Assembly (NCBI RefSeq): GCF_009914755.1 | Contig: NC_060943.1 | DNA: 64,000 nucleotides | Reading direction: 5' to 3' (one strand) | Source of the DNA: the human T2T-CHM13v2.0 reference genome, Homo sapiens | In this document: piece after piece, positions 38,398 to 56,804 of the stretch | Layout of the letters: each line of letters starts with the position of its first letter | Position numbering within the stretch: the stretch's first letter is position 1 | Notes under the pieces: model-generated | What the model was told of the DNA's origin: nothing | Database searches by the model: none | The model's input: the letters and a program-made list of their open reading frames with translations, nothing else | Program-made: the position numbers and the translations under genes

Positions 38398-38694
38398 GTA
38401 TTTATTCATTTTTGGAGACGCAGTCTCACTTTGTCACCCAGGCTTGAGTGCAGTGGTGCGATCTTGGCTCACCGCAACCTCTGCCTCCTGGGTTCAAGCC
38501 ATTCTCCTGCCTCAGCCTCCTGAGTAGCTGGGACCACAGGTGCATGCCACCACGCCCGGGTAATTTTTTGTATTTTTAGTAGAGACAGAGTTTCACCGTG
38601 TTAGCCAGGATGGTCTCGATTTCCTGACCCAGTGATCTGCCCTCCTCAGCCTCCCAAAGTACTGGGATTACAGGCCTGAGCCACCGCACCTGGC
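38398..38694 (-). mobile_element. AluSc-like
   Basis: TSD tttacaaggt.ttatt. Confidence 0.9.
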
Positions 38695-38925
38695 TTTACA
38701 AGGTCTTATTAAAATTAGCTTTAGTATTGATAATACACTATTACCAAAGTAAAAGTTGACTTTCTCTTGAACAAACATTTCATGTATTATTAATATGACA
38801 GCAAAGTACTTCTGTTCACCTTTTGAATACATTCAAAAAGAGAGAGAATATGAGATAGAATTTTCCCATGCTCTGGGATGGGATGCTCAGCTCAGGGAGG
38901 AAGCCGTTTGAAAAGGCTCCAGCTA

Positions 38926-39426
<501 letters not shown>

Positions 39427-39469
39427 CTAGGCTGTCACTCTTTCTTCACTCAGCCCAGTATCTGATCAC

Positions 39470-40080
39470 ATCTGTCACTCAGCGGCTGGGGAGGCGGGGC
39501 CTTAGGCATTATCCAATGAGGGACGCTGGGCCGGAAACCGTCCAATCAGGCACGCAGCTGGAGCGAACCACATGGTTTCTGGGGGCCTTTGTTTCTCGCT
39601 GCAGCGGGAGCTCCAGGTTTATCCTCAGTGTTCTGTGTCCTGTGCTTATAGAGGCCCGTCCTCTGTGGCCGTGTGACCTGCAAGTATTGGGAGAGCCACA
39701 GCTAAACCCCGGGACCCCTGGAAGCCTAGAAATGGTGAGTGCCGGGTCCAACGTCCCGAGAGAGGGGAGAGGCTGTTTGGAACGGTGGGAAGTGGCTCTG
39801 GCGGGACTCTGCTTCCTCACAGTCAGCTCCACAATCTGCCGCCGGAGTTCTCCCTGCCCAGCTCGGCCTCAGTCCCCTTCAGCCATAAGATGGCGGCTGC
39901 GGTGACATCCGGGGCCCGGCACAGTGATTGTGCCCTGGCCTGGAGCCCTCTTTCAGCAGCTCTGCACCCGCAGCACCGCGTCTCTCCCAGATCATGCAAG
40001 GACCACGGGAGGGTCGTCAGGGGAGAATCCTGACTCGGTTCCCTGCGGGTTCATGAATGGGAAGAGCTTTGGTCCGTGAG
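39470..40080 (+). promoter_or_regulatory. ZNF253: ZNF253 CpG-rich promoter and exon 1
   Basis: GC box gggaggcggggc ~39488-39500; CCAAT boxes 39513-39517 and 39542-39546; exon 1 ends ATG|gtgagt at 39732-39734. Confidence 0.85.
39732..39734 (+). CDS. ZNF253: ZNF253 coding exon 1 (initiator ATG only)
   Basis: gaagcctagaaATGgtgagt, the typical ZNF91-subfamily first exon. Confidence 0.85.
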
Positions 40081-40082
40081 GT

Positions 40083-40753
<671 letters not shown>

Positions 40754-40793
40754 GGGTTCACAGTTTCCCTTTTCTCCTATTAAAAATTTATGG

Positions 40794-40950
40794 GGCCGGG
40801 CGCGGTGGCTCACGCCTGTAATAACAACACTTCAGGAGGTCGAGGTGGATGGATCACTTGAGGTCAGGAGTTGAAGACCAGCCTGGCCAAAATGGGGAAA
40901 CCCCATCTCTACTAAAAGTACAAAAATTAGCTGGGTGTGATGGCGAATGT
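40794..40950 (+). mobile_element. Partial Alu
   Basis: Left monomer joined to L1 sequence. Confidence 0.82.
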
Positions 40951-40951
40951 C

Positions 40952-42285
40952 TGGTTTTCTGTTTCTGCATTAGTTTTCTGAAATAATGGTCTACAGCTTT
41001 ATTGATGTTATTGCAAAGGACATGATCATTTATTTTTAAATGGCCAGAGAGTATTCCATGATATTTATGTACCATATTTTGTTTTTACTAAATCTTTTAT
41101 TTTATTTTATTTTTGGAGACAGAGTGTCACTTATTGCCCAGGCTAGAGTGCTGTGGAGTGATGCAGCCTTATTTAGCCTCAACCTCCCTGGCTCAAGCAA
41201 TTCTCTCCTACCTCATCCTTTCACGTAGCTTGATCTACACGCTGGTGTTACCACGCCTGGCCAATTTTTCTCTTTGTATTTTCTGTGGAGACAGGATTTT
41301 GCAATGTTGCCCAGGTTGGTCTTAAACTTCTAAGCTCAGGCAATCCACCTGCCTCAGCCTCCCAGAGTGCTGGGATTACAGGCATGAGCCACCGCATCTG
41401 ACCATACCGTGTTTTCTTTATCCAGTCTACCACTGATAGGGCCTGTCCATGTCTTTGCTATTGTGAATAGTGCTGCAATGAACATACATATGAATGTATC
41501 TTTATAATACAATAATTTATATTTCTTTGGGTATATACCCAATTATGAGGTAGAGTATAAGCATTCCCTTTTCTCTGCAACCTTGCCAGCATCTGTTATT
41601 TTTTGACTTTTTAAAAATAGCCATTCTGACTGGTGTGATGTGGTATCTCATTGTGGTTTCTCTTAATTTCTCTAATGATTAGTGATGAGCTTTTTTTTTT
41701 TCATATGCTTGCTAGCCACATGTATATGTTCTTTTGAAAAGCATCTATTCATGTTTTTTTGGCCTATTTTTTAATGAGATTTTTTTTTTCTTGTAAACTT
41801 GTTTAAGTTCTTAATAAATTCTGGATATTAGACTTTTGTCAGAGGCAAAGTTTGCAAATTTTTTTTATTCTGTAGGTTGTCTGTTTACTCTGTTAATAGT
41901 TTCCTTTGCTGTGAAGAAGCTCTTTAGTTCAAATAGGTCCCATTGTCAATTTTTGCTTTTGTTGCAATTGCTTTTGGTAGCTTCATCATGAAGTGTTTGC
42001 CAGTTTCTGTGTCTAGAATGGTACTTCCTAGGTTATCTTGCAAGGTTTCTTACAATTTTAAGTTTTTCATTTAAGTCTTTAATTAATCTTGAGTTGATTT
42101 TGTATATTGTGTAATGAAGGGGTCCACTTTCAGTCTTCTACATAGTGCTAGCTAGTTATTCCAGCACCATTTATTAAATGGAGAATTCTTTCCACATTTC
42201 TCTTATCAGCTTTGCCAAAAATCTGATGATGGTAGGAGGGTGGCATTATTTCTGGGCTCTCTATTCTGTTGCATTGGTCTTGTGC
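40952..42285 (-). mobile_element. L1 (L1PB/L1MA-type) ORF2 3' region, interrupted by an AluJ at 41095-41403
   Basis: gtctttgctattgtgaatagtgctgcaatgaacat, gaagaagctctttagtt, ccagcaccatttatt motifs. Confidence 0.82.
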
Positions 42286-42416
42286 ACTCATGAACTTTTT
42301 TTTATAATATCTTTCTCTCTTCTGCTTTTTCCCCCATAAGCATTTTTTCAAGTGCATACAGTGTGTAAAATTCTGATGTCCAAGAGTTCAAAAACTCTTT
42401 AAAAAGTTCCAAAAAA

Positions 42417-42582
42417 GGGGATTGGGGGGCTAGGGGAGGGACAGCATTAGGAGAAATACCTAGTGTAAATAATGGTTTGATGGGTGCAGCAAACCTTCAT
42501 GGCACGTGTATACCTATGTAACAAACCTGCACGTTATGCACATGTACCCCAGAACTTTAAAGTATAATAAATAAATAAAAAG
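42417..42582 (+). mobile_element. Short L1PA 3' end
   Basis: gcattaggagaaatacc…gtaccccagaactttaaagtataataaa. Confidence 0.85.
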
Positions 42583-43105
42583 CTTAAAAAATATTTTGAT
42601 ATTCTCTCTTTTCTTAAGGAATTTAGGTTATATGTAGATGCTTTTCTCTGCTTTTTTTGAAATACATGTAAATCATATGAACAGCTAAATAAACCCTTTG
42701 TCATTTTCTCGGGTCCAGATTATCTTTATGTAGTACTTCAGAATTATTGCTTTATTTTTGCTTCTGAAAAGTTTATTTTTTTCATTTTTAGTCCTTTAAA
42801 TTAGACACAGATTTGTTTAGATAAAAGCTCATTTTAAGAGCACACAGAAGCTTAGCAGAAAGATAGGATTAAATTTAGCAATGCAGAATGCTAAAGACTA
42901 AAAGGTATTAAGTTTCTTTTACAGAAACCTGATTATCCAAGGTAATTATCCAATATTTGCAGGCTGAAGTACTTATACTGCAAAAGCAAGAACAGTGCAT
43001 AAACAGTGGAGTCTGTAGTTGTATCTTGCTTTCTATTTATTACTTCAGAACAATTAGGATAGTTATGTGTAGGGTTTGTAGGCAAACTGCATTAATATAA
43101 ATTAA

Positions 43106-43693
<588 letters not shown>

Positions 43694-43849
43694 AAAACAA
43701 TATTTTCTACAATAGTATGAACATAAAGCCACAATACTTACTTTGAATGATTCACTTAAATGGTTATTTTAATATTGTTATTTATACTTTTGAAATATAA
43801 AGTGTTTTAACTGAAGTATAGTTGCAGTTTTTAAAAATACTACATACAT

Positions 43850-44228
<379 letters not shown>

Positions 44229-46296
44229 TTAGAGTAGATATTAGTCTGACATGTTTATTACTTTACTCAATAGGAATAATTATGAGTAAACACAATTTTA
44301 TTATCTTTTATTTCACTAAGTTGGAATGCTGCTATTACAGGAAAAATAAAGACAGGTGATGTGGCCACCCAAACACCATAATAGCTATTCAGTTAGCTGT
44401 GTTGCAAGTTGTAACATATTCCACTATATGAACACAGTCAAATTCTATTTCTTCATCTTAAAGTGTTGTTGGAAGTTGTCAGATGTATTTCAATATAGAA
44501 CCCCCATTCAGTGGCTAGGAGATGAGAGAGCAGCAGAGATGGAAAAGAAACTTTATAAAATTCTTCTGAAAATCTGCCCTCTTTCTTCGTAATGCTCATG
44601 TTTCTCATGATGAGAGCAGCTGTGTACTTTGGGTGGTTAGAGAGAAATTGCTTTTAGGGGAACATTTTCTGGCTCATTTGATCAATCTGATATCTAACCT
44701 GAGCTTTTTTAAAAGATCTTTTTTACATTTTTCTCTCAAAATAATCTGGCTCAGATGGAGATCTGTTTTTCTCTCCAATGCTTTGGATGTCTGTTTCAGA
44801 AGCCCTATTACTATCCTATGGTGTCCAAATGAGGTGGACTCTCACAGTGAGAACTTTTGGAGCTATCTCTATCTGGACTCATGCTGGAAATTCAGCAGTA
44901 TTTTTTCCTTGTCACCATTACAAGTAGAAACTGAGGCTGAAACACTGCTCACATTCCCATGATTGTGAAGGTGCAATTCTACCCATGAGGCCTGCAGGCT
45001 CTCCTCCTGCAGCTCAGGCCTCACTCTGATGTGACACTGGAGTGCTGCTGTGGCAAATGGGGTTCATATAAAATGTGAGCTGTGCTCTGAACTGTGCCTC
45101 AGTGGCAGATGGTAGAGGTCAAGAGAGGAAGGACACTAGCATTCAGGAGAAAGCAAGCAGGAGTGCTGTAGCCCAGTGCCAGGGAGTACAGAGCCACTGC
45201 TTTAAAATGTAAATAGCCAAAAAGATAGAATGCTACTCAGCCATTTTTGTAGCAGAGTGAAATCCTGCCTTCAGCAGACACCTGGCTTCAAGCTGCTAAA
45301 CTACATCCTGTTATGAAGATGTGAAAAGTTTGTCATTGAATATAAGCAATTAACATACACAGATGGCCTCTTCAATCTCCAGGTGAATTTAGGATGAACT
45401 ATGTATGACATGGTGCTGGAAATTCTTCTAATTGTAGACTAATTATGGTGACCATCTTTCTGTCTTTGGAGCCTCTTAAGCAGATTGACGATGATGCATA
45501 TCACATTCAAGTTCAATTGTGTAATAAAACCATTTTCTTTCTTTTGTCTTATTGTGAAGATTTTCTGGGGCTGGAGGAAATTTTTCTTTTAATTATTGTT
45601 TCCAAACACTGTCTAGAATTACCAGACATGATACAAACACATAAAGTGCCATCCAAAATTTACTCTAGAGGGGACTTTCCCTCTCTGGCTTCCAGTCAGC
45701 TCAGAGTTGTGCAGCAAAGTGCATGCTGTCCCCTAAATATGCAGGCAGAATTGTGTCTCTGCCTTTTTGGCATCTATAGTCCTCTACAGTCACTTCTAGA
45801 GAGGCTAGATCACATTTCTACCAACTTCACTGGGCAGTGATCAATCGTTTTATCTCTCTTAGAATGACTCTTGCATCTTCAGACCTGAAACTGATTCAGA
45901 CATCATGGAGCTCACAGACCGAATCAGAGTAACGTGTGCATTGAATAGATGTGTAGACAAGAATCTCCACTTTCCCCTTTGTCTTTTTGCTAAAATCCTT
46001 ACAAATGTGCAGGTAACACCTGCTGCTACTCCAGCCATTCAGGTCCTAAATCTGCAGCTCCACATTTTGAATCCAAGTTTTTGAGATTTGGGAAATAAAA
46101 AACTTTTATCTGACAAATGTAAGTCCTTTTGATTATCAAACTCAGAGAGACGTTGAAAATAAAGTGCAGTTATGTATTTCTCCTCCCTTTGAACTATGTA
46201 TTCATCTCTTGAAACTGTTCACTATTGTCACAGGTAGCTATAAATTAAGCTAATAGTGCCACATTGGACACTATATCCCATACCCTAAACCATAAC

Positions 46297-46336
46297 TATA
46301 TATATATATATATATTATTATATATATATATATATA
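46297..46336. repeat. Interrupted (TA)n
   Basis: Direct reading. Confidence 0.9.
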
Positions 46337-47652
46337 ATCAAGTTTATTTCTGTTAATAAATAAAAATATCTGACAACTTTGTATCAGCCCACTGTGTCCC
46401 TGTTTTGTTGTCTTTACCAATCCTCTTATAACTGCTGCTAATCAAAGTGTAGATTCCAGGCAACTTGAATCTTTGCTCCCAGGTTATAATCCTTAAGCTT
46501 GACCCAAATAAACTGTCTACTTATATTCATGTTGTGTCAGCTTTTTTTTCTTTCATGTAGACTTACCATTTAGAATGTGCTAGAGCAGCCTCTATGAGGG
46601 GATCTTTTCTTTGATTGTATTCCACTTGCTGTAACACCAAAGGATGCAGAGCCAGGTGGATCCTACCTAGAATCTGCAGATAAGTTCTGGCCTCTACCAC
46701 AGATTTACAAAAAAGGGCCGGACTTTGGATTGTGAACGTACAGAAAACTAACAAAAGGCATTTTCTGTATTGTGAGATGTCAGCATAGACATCCTACAGC
46801 CCCCATTTGGGAATGTGGCTCTGTGAGATTTTTCACATCTTGTTCATTGACCTGCTACAGTTATGTCAGAGGCTCTAGGAAGAAATAGAATCTGATGGCA
46901 GAATCTGTAAGTGTAAATAAGCATCTTAGGAGTGAGAGATCAAGGCCACAAAGTATCCAGAGCCATGACCACAACTATATTTACCTGTAAAATGGGATAC
47001 TGGAGTAGAGTATTTTTGTTCTTTCTCTTACCCAAAGAGCTAGCAAATCAGAACAGGTGATCCAGGTTCTGGAGCTCCACCAGTGCAGTTCTGTTTTTTA
47101 TTTAGAATCAGCCCGAGTCTCTCCAGCCTGGCTTATCATTGGGCCATCAGCCCTGGGACACTGGGAATTCTCTCACAGTCTCCTAGGTGTATTTGAGGTA
47201 TTTGAGGATGTCCAGAGCAGAATTGTGTCAGGCTGAAAAGTGTGGTTAATTCTGCTTCTGTCTCAGTGTAAGAGAAATGAGTCATCCTGTGTTTGTTCAT
47301 CCTCTCATACAAGAGGTTTCTTTGGTTGGTACCAAGATGAGAGTTTCTCCAGTTTCTGGTGCTTGAATGAAACAAGGATGAGATCTGGAGACCCAAATAG
47401 ATAAAGTATTTCCTTACATCTCATATAACCATTAAAAAAAATGAAGCAGTCATGGTTCCTACAATCCAGAAACTTTTAGTCTAGATTAGCTACTGGATAA
47501 ATAATTGAATTATGTGTCATATGGTTGGTGCAATAAATAGATGTGTCCAAAATCTTGGGCTTTATTTAGACCACTTTCTTTATATTGTTGTGACTTGTGA
47601 TGTCTACACCTGTAGGGATATTCATGAACAGAAGAATTGTTATTATAATTAA

Positions 47653-47944
<292 letters not shown>

Positions 47945-47978
47945 ACATATTTATTTTCTAATAAAATTAGCCTAGGAA

Positions 47979-48263
47979 GGCCTGGTGCAGTGCCTCACAC
48001 CTGTAATTTTAGCACTTTGGGAGGCCGAAGCGGGCAGATCACAAGGTCAGGCGTTCCAAACCAGACTGGCCATTATGGTGAAACGCTGTCTTTACTAAAA
48101 ATACAAAAATTAGCTAGGCATGGCGGCACACGCTTGTAGTTTCAGCTACTCGGGAGGATGAGTCAAAAGAACAGCTTGAACCTAGGAGGCGGAGGTTGCA
48201 GTGAGCCAAGATCATGCCAGTGCGCTCCAGCCTGGGCGACAGAGCTCCAAAAAGAAAATAAAA
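47979..48263 (+). mobile_element. AluS
   Basis: Dimeric Alu. Confidence 0.9.
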
Positions 48264-48364
48264 ATTACCCTAGAAAACCTTTGGGGATTTGTTTAAATTG
48301 CATAGTAGTGTATAGTATAAAGTTGACAGGGCGGTGGCTAGAAAATATAAAAATTACAGAAACA

Positions 48365-48662
<298 letters not shown>

Positions 48663-49127
48663 ATTACAGAAACTCTGAGATTTAAGTTTCTTTTAGATAA
48701 GCTTAGAAAAAACAAAACTGGAAGTACCCTAGTGGCATAGAGAACAGAATTCTACATAGGGTTCTCACCCTATCCTAGGTCTGTTAAGATTCACCCTTTT
48801 TGGAGGCCTTATTTAGGTCTGCCTCTATCCTGGAGTCTTGCCTCACAGAACTGATCAGAAGAGATCAGAGTTTTGGCTGGTGAATCCTGCTGCCTTTCTA
48901 GAGCTGGTGCTTAGAATTTACTGAAACTCAAAAGCAGATAAATCAGAAAAACAAAGTATGTATTAGAGGGTGTTAGTTTTTAAGTTTTCTATGAATCCAG
49001 TGCTAACAGAGACATTCTATTTAGCAACTTGGTTTCTATTCCTGCAGATCCAGTAGTTGCTCCTCAAGTCACAAAAAAAGAAGTAAATATAAACAGAATA
49101 AAATTTTCTCTAAACTACATTAAACTC

Positions 49128-49429
49128 TTTCTTTCTTTCTTTCTTTTTTGAGATGGAGTGTCTCTCTGTCGCCCAGGCTGGAGTGCAGTGGTGGATCTCG
49201 GCTCACTGCAAGCTCTGCCTCCTGGGTTCACGCCATTCTCCTGCCTCAGCCTCCCAAGTAGCTGGAACTACGGGCACCCACCACCACGCCCGGCTAATTT
49301 TTTGTATTTTTAGTAGAGACGGGGTTTCACCGTGTTAGCCAGGATGGTCTCGATCTCCTGACCTCGTGATCCGCCCGCCTCGGCCTCCCAAAGTGCTGGA
49401 ATTACAGGCGTGAGCCACCGCGCCCAGCC
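49128..49429 (-). mobile_element. AluY
   Basis: TSD cattaaactcttt. Confidence 0.9.
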
Positions 49430-51093
49430 ATTAAACTCTTTCTTTCTTTATCTTGAAATCTGTCTACATTTAGCTTTTATTCTATGTAATTTTTTTAAAA
49501 AGTTGATGATGGAGAAACAGAGGAAGAAATAAAAATGCTGGGCCCTTTATCTAAATCCTGGAAATTATTAAACCCTTAGTACCAGCTTCCAGGGTATTAT
49601 GAGAACTAAATCACATAATGTGTTATGCCCAGCACAGTGCTCTGTATCATATTCTTGAGCACATTGTACCTCATTAATAAACATTGCATTAGTACATGTG
49701 TACATGTTGTTTTTTAAATATAGACTTATTCAGACATTGCTGCTTTCTGTTTCTTCTGTAAACTTTAAAGAGCCAGCAAAGAATATAAAACTTTAGGATG
49801 GAGTTGGGTTGTCTTTATTTGTACCAGAAGTATTTGGTTGTGACAAGAGTGCTGAGTGTAAGCGACCCTGTGCTGTGCCTGCTTCTCTAACTAATGCTAA
49901 CAATGAGCCCAGGGGGAGCAACATCAGCATTGACAGAGAACTTGTTTAAAACACCCATTTATGGACCCTTTTCAAACCTGCAGAATCATATTACATAAAG
50001 TGGAGTCAAAATTATCAAGTGATTTATAAGCTCATTAAAACTTTACAGGCAGTGCTCTCATTCATGAGAGTTAAGTTCCACCTTTGCACTAAAGGGTGGT
50101 CACAGGGCCTGTTCTGTTTGGGTTTGGTAGGGATAGGTCAGTGTGGCACATATTTCCATTACTGTAGCAAAAATTGCTGGTGTCTGTGGCAGGGGAGGGC
50201 ACCTGAGGACAGGAAAGGAGAAACTTATATTTTTATCTTCATGAAGCAGCTCATTGTTCCTGAATCTCTTCTGTTTTAAAGGACAGAAAAGGGTGGACTT
50301 TTTCTGTGTTTTTTTTCTTTCTGCCATTTGATGTCATGCTAGCAGGTAAACAGGTGGTGCTGACACTTTTAAGGGCATATTATCAAGATACGGGTGTAAT
50401 TTGTACAGAGAATCTCGTCTGAGAAGGAATTCCAGAGAAGCAAGAGAGGGAAAAGTGGCTTTTCTGTTTCAGATCAAGAGCTGTATTCACTCTGCCTCCT
50501 CGAATGCTATGCATTTAGTACTCACAAACTTTTACTTCTCTACTTTTGCTTTTTTTTTAATGAGTTTGGTTTAAGTACTTCTTAAAATTCTTATGATAGT
50601 CAAGAGTCTCTGTAAAATATTTATTTTCTATACCTTAGAGCCTTCTCTACATTTGCTGCATCATAGCTTCTTATATGCCATGCAGGATTCTCAGCAAGAC
50701 TTTATAATCTGCAATATTAAAAATGTTCCCTTCGTGGCTGTTGAACATGGAAAGACGTGGATACTCAAGATTTCTATTGGGGAAAACTGTGGTCCTTAGT
50801 AAAGATGGAGAACATGTAATGTTGAGGCTCCATCTGTGTGTTCCATTAGCTCTATGCAGAATAGGATTAGGGAAATGCTTATTTAAAAGGGATGGCAGTT
50901 ATTACCCAGAAAGTTCTGAAAGAAAATTAAGGTACCTGCTCTCTAGGGAGCTAAATGAAGCCTACTTAAAATTCCTACTAAAAGTTACAGAACATAGGAG
51001 TTATCTATATTTTGAAGTTAGCATAAAACATGTTTCTTTATGGTTAAATTCAGATTTTATTTACTTTCTTTGGGAGGAATATTTCAACAGTGA

Positions 51094-51409
<316 letters not shown>

Positions 51410-52155
51410 GATGCTGTGTTCTTCTGTGTGAATTAGCACATCATAAAAATTTGTCCTAGTGCAGTTAAGGGTTAATGATTCACTTGGTGACATAGCTCTC
51501 TGACAGATTTTTTTTTACAATAGAGTTAATTATTTCTCTCTTCATTAAGTATTTTTATGCAGCTGATGTGCATAAACCATCACACTTAATCTGGCGTCTA
51601 TCCTTTCTTCTCTTTTTTGCTACATATTTTTCTTTGGAAAATGAAGGCTCTTATCTTTGTTTACAGGCCAGAAAAACTGGGAAAAACACAGGCTCTTCCA
51701 TTTACTCAATGTTTGACAAAATACCGTTCTTGGGCCAAAAACATTCGCATTAGAGATGAGCTTGTCAGAAATTCAAAAAGTCAGACTTTATGCCAGATCT
51801 TCCGGAATAAAAAAAAACCCTGCACAACAAGGTCTTCAGCTTATTGTGTATATTAAAATTTGAGAGGTGCCTTCTAACTCAACACATCTTTTGCATCTGA
51901 AAAATATTCACAACTCATTCCATATGATGCAAATATAGCACTAAAAAATGTTCATGTTCATGCCCTTAATTTTATGCTCTATTATCTAAAAAATATCATA
52001 TATAAACTGATGTTATGGATCTTGTGCCGCTCTTTTTTCTCAGAGTTAGAGGATACATTAGAGAATATTTTTGGGTTGAAAAATATTTTATTGGATAATT
52101 TTAGGCAGTCCTTTGAGTCAGAACCAGTTCTCTTTACTCTCTAATTTCACCTTAA

Positions 52156-52362
<207 letters not shown>

Positions 52363-52434
52363 TAATTCATAATATACCCTGAAGATTTTATTTCTCTTTT
52401 TTGTAGAATGTTTGTTAGTAATTTATTCTTTGCA

Positions 52435-53497
52435 AAGTGGTAGAATTACAGGCATAAGCCACTGCGCCTGGCCATATTTTATTTATATTTCTGTATAATT
52501 TTTATTATGACCACAAAGATAACCCTGTAATCAATAACAATTTAATTGTACATTCACAATAACTAAAAGTGTATAATTACACTGTTTGTACTACAAAGGA
52601 TAAACGCTAGAGGTGATGGATACCCTATTTACCCTGATGTAATTACTACATATTGTAGGCCTGAATCAAAATATTCCATATAAGGCATAAATATATACAT
52701 ATACTGTATGCCCACAAATACTAGAATAAATTTCAGTAAGAACAAAGAATAAAAATTTAACCGATGGGAAAAATGTTCTTCAACTCATTTGCAGTTTAAA
52801 GTCACTGGCAAAGTGATTACTAGACATGATATTCCACTATGTACCAAATAGTATATTGCTACCATGTTTTACCTACATGCTTGAGTAAGGTGGGATATGT
52901 CAAAGTTGGTAGCATAATAATGCTTCATTAAGCAAACAATAGTCTTAACATGGTAAAAAAAAATTAAATAAAATTAAGTTCACACATAATCTAATAATAT
53001 TTAAATGTACTGCATTTTATTACATAAAAATGCAATTAGTATAATATACAAATTTGATACTTTTAACTATAATTTTTCTCTTTAATGTAGAAAAGTATTT
53101 CTCTGAACCCCCACCTTATTTTTTATCATTGTTTATTAATAAAGTAATTCATTATGTTTTTGAAAAAAAGTTTTAAAATGTTCTGCGTACATGTTAATGT
53201 AGGCTAGGCCATCCAAAAGACAAAGCAAAGCATCAACATTAAGTTTGAGAAATGAGAACATGAACCCCTACCTCATACATTACTTAGTATAAGTTAACTA
53301 CAAAGAGCCTCTCCACTTACATTTTCATCATGCATCTTACATTTTAATGTCCTTACTCTTTTATAGAAAAAGTCACAAATAACGCCCAATAAAAAAGAAT
53401 CTGTAGTATCTCTGATGCAGCAACAATTGATCACATGCTTTCACTTGTGAATACAATAGGAATAAAATAACAGCATAAAGTAATCTGAAAACTGTAT
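52435..53497 (-). other. Inverted copy of ZNF 3'UTR/3'-flank sequence inside ZNF253 intron 2
   Basis: Reverse complement of ~12000-12960; starts with a ~40-bp Alu 5' piece. Confidence 0.88.
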
Positions 53498-53751
53498 TCA
53501 CTCTAAATTAGTGGTAACTCCAGAAATTTAGTGGCATAAAATATTGTTGCCCCACCTGAAAATCTAATTGCTACCACTAATTTTTGATTCAGTAGTATCA
53601 GATAGTAAAATAAGAAACCTACAAATTGAAAGTATTTTCTAAATATTTAGAAATTTCTGTTATAAATTATTATTTTGGTATTGATTTACTGGAATATTTT
53701 ATCACATCCTCTCTGCTGAGCACAGTACTAGCTTGTAATGGGAGTATATGA

Positions 53752-53892
<141 letters not shown>

Positions 53893-54157
53893 TGAAAACG
53901 AATACAACAGATGACACAGATAAAAGGTCCCAATGTCAAAGAGAAAACCAGTCTTTAAAATGTGATTCTGGAAGCTGTGTTCCAAAGGAAATAGGTCCTG
54001 GGCAGCTGTTTTTTTTTTTTTTTTTTTTCTCCCACAAAGGGGCATCTTCTGTCTTATGCTTTTAAATTCTCTAAGAATTCTACTTCTCCTTTGGTGAGCT
54101 TCCTTCAGGTTCACAGTGAGAGCCAAAGTCCTCTTCATGGCATGTAAAAGGCTGCGC

Positions 54158-54535
<378 letters not shown>

Positions 54536-55059
54536 CTAAAACTATTTTTTTAAGTCCTCTTTTTGCATCAGGTCTGAAATGCGTGAGAGTATTAGTTTAT
54601 CTTGCATTTTTTTTGTTTATTTTTCTGCACAGTCCATTCTGTTTTTATTTCTATAAAGTCTTCAAATATAGATTGAAATTGTAAGTATGATATTCTTCTG
54701 CTTTGTTCCTTTTCCTCAAGACTGTTTTGGCTATTCAAAGTTTATTTTAGTTTCATGTAAATTTTAGAATTGAATTTCCATTACTGTGAAAAAAATACTG
54801 CAATTTTGATAGGAAGTGTATTGAATCTATAGATCACTTTGGATAATATGGCACTTTATTAATATTTATTCTTTCAATCCAAAGACATAAAATATTTTAA
54901 AATTTATTTGGATCTTCCTTTTTTATTTATTTTTTATTGTAAAGGTTTTTTACATCCCTGGTTAATTTTTTTCTCAGAAATTTATTATGTAATGCTATAG
55001 TAAATAAGATTTTTTTCTCTATTTTATCAGATAGTTTGTTTTAAGTGTATGAAACTGTA

Positions 55060-55402
55060 GCTGGGCGCAGTTTAAGTGTATGGAACCATAGCTGGGGGTG
55101 GTCTCCCAAAGTACTAGATCACGCCTGTAATCCTAGCACTTTGGGAGACCAAAGTGCATGGATCACCTGAGATCAGGAGTTCGAGACCAGCCTGACCAAC
55201 ATAGAGAAACCCTGTCTCTGCTGAAATTACAAAAATTCACTGGGCATGGTGGCGCATGCCTGTAATCCCAGCAACTCGTTAGGCTGAGATGGGAGAATCG
55301 CTTAAACCTGGAAGGCAGAGGTTTCAGTGAGCCGAGATCACCCCATTGCACTTCAGGCTGGGCAAAAGAGCTAGACTCCTACTCAAAAAAAAAAAAAAAA
55401 AA
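55060..55402 (+). mobile_element. AluSp-like with rearranged 5' junction
   Basis: Dimeric Alu; see finding. Confidence 0.88.
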
Positions 55403-55642
55403 GTGTATGAAACCATACATATACTTATGTATGTTAATTTTATGTTTTGCTAATTTACTGACTGTATTTATTAGTTTAGACAGGGTTTAATATACTGTTT
55501 ATGGTTTTTTAAATATGTGATTGTATGATCTACAGACAGCAACTTTTTACTTACTGTTTTTCAATTTCAATGGATTTTTTTTTATTTCTTTGACTAATTC
55601 TTCTGCCACATACTTCCAGTGCTACATTAAAATAGAAGCATC

Positions 55643-55953
<311 letters not shown>

Positions 55954-56426
55954 AGCATTGACAATGGGCACAATATAGTTTTGTATTGGTATCTAAATTT
56001 GATGGAGCAAACACCTCTTCAAGTTTTCATAAACTGATTTTAGAAGGTAAAGATCTTCTTTTATTGGGCCCTTAGGGTGATGAGATATTCTGTGAATTTT
56101 TAGTGAAGAGGGGTTGTAGCTTGGTCACAAGGCTGCTGGGTCTACCTTTGGGTCCACCTTTAGTTGGCTTGCTACAGGGGCTTGGGTAGTTGTAATTCCA
56201 TTTTATTTTTAGACAGACCGAATATCCTTACAGGTTCAAGCAGTTCTCATGTCTCAGCTTTGCAAGGAGCTGGGATTACAGATGTGAGTCACGGTGTCCG
56301 GCCTTAGTGTAGGTTTCTTAACATCAGTTTATTGTGTCTTGGTTTTAATTTGTATTACAATTTTAGACAATTTGCAATTCTGTTTGTACACTTTAAGTCA
56401 ATTTGAGGTTTAATTAAGAGATAAAT

Positions 56427-56804
<378 letters not shown>

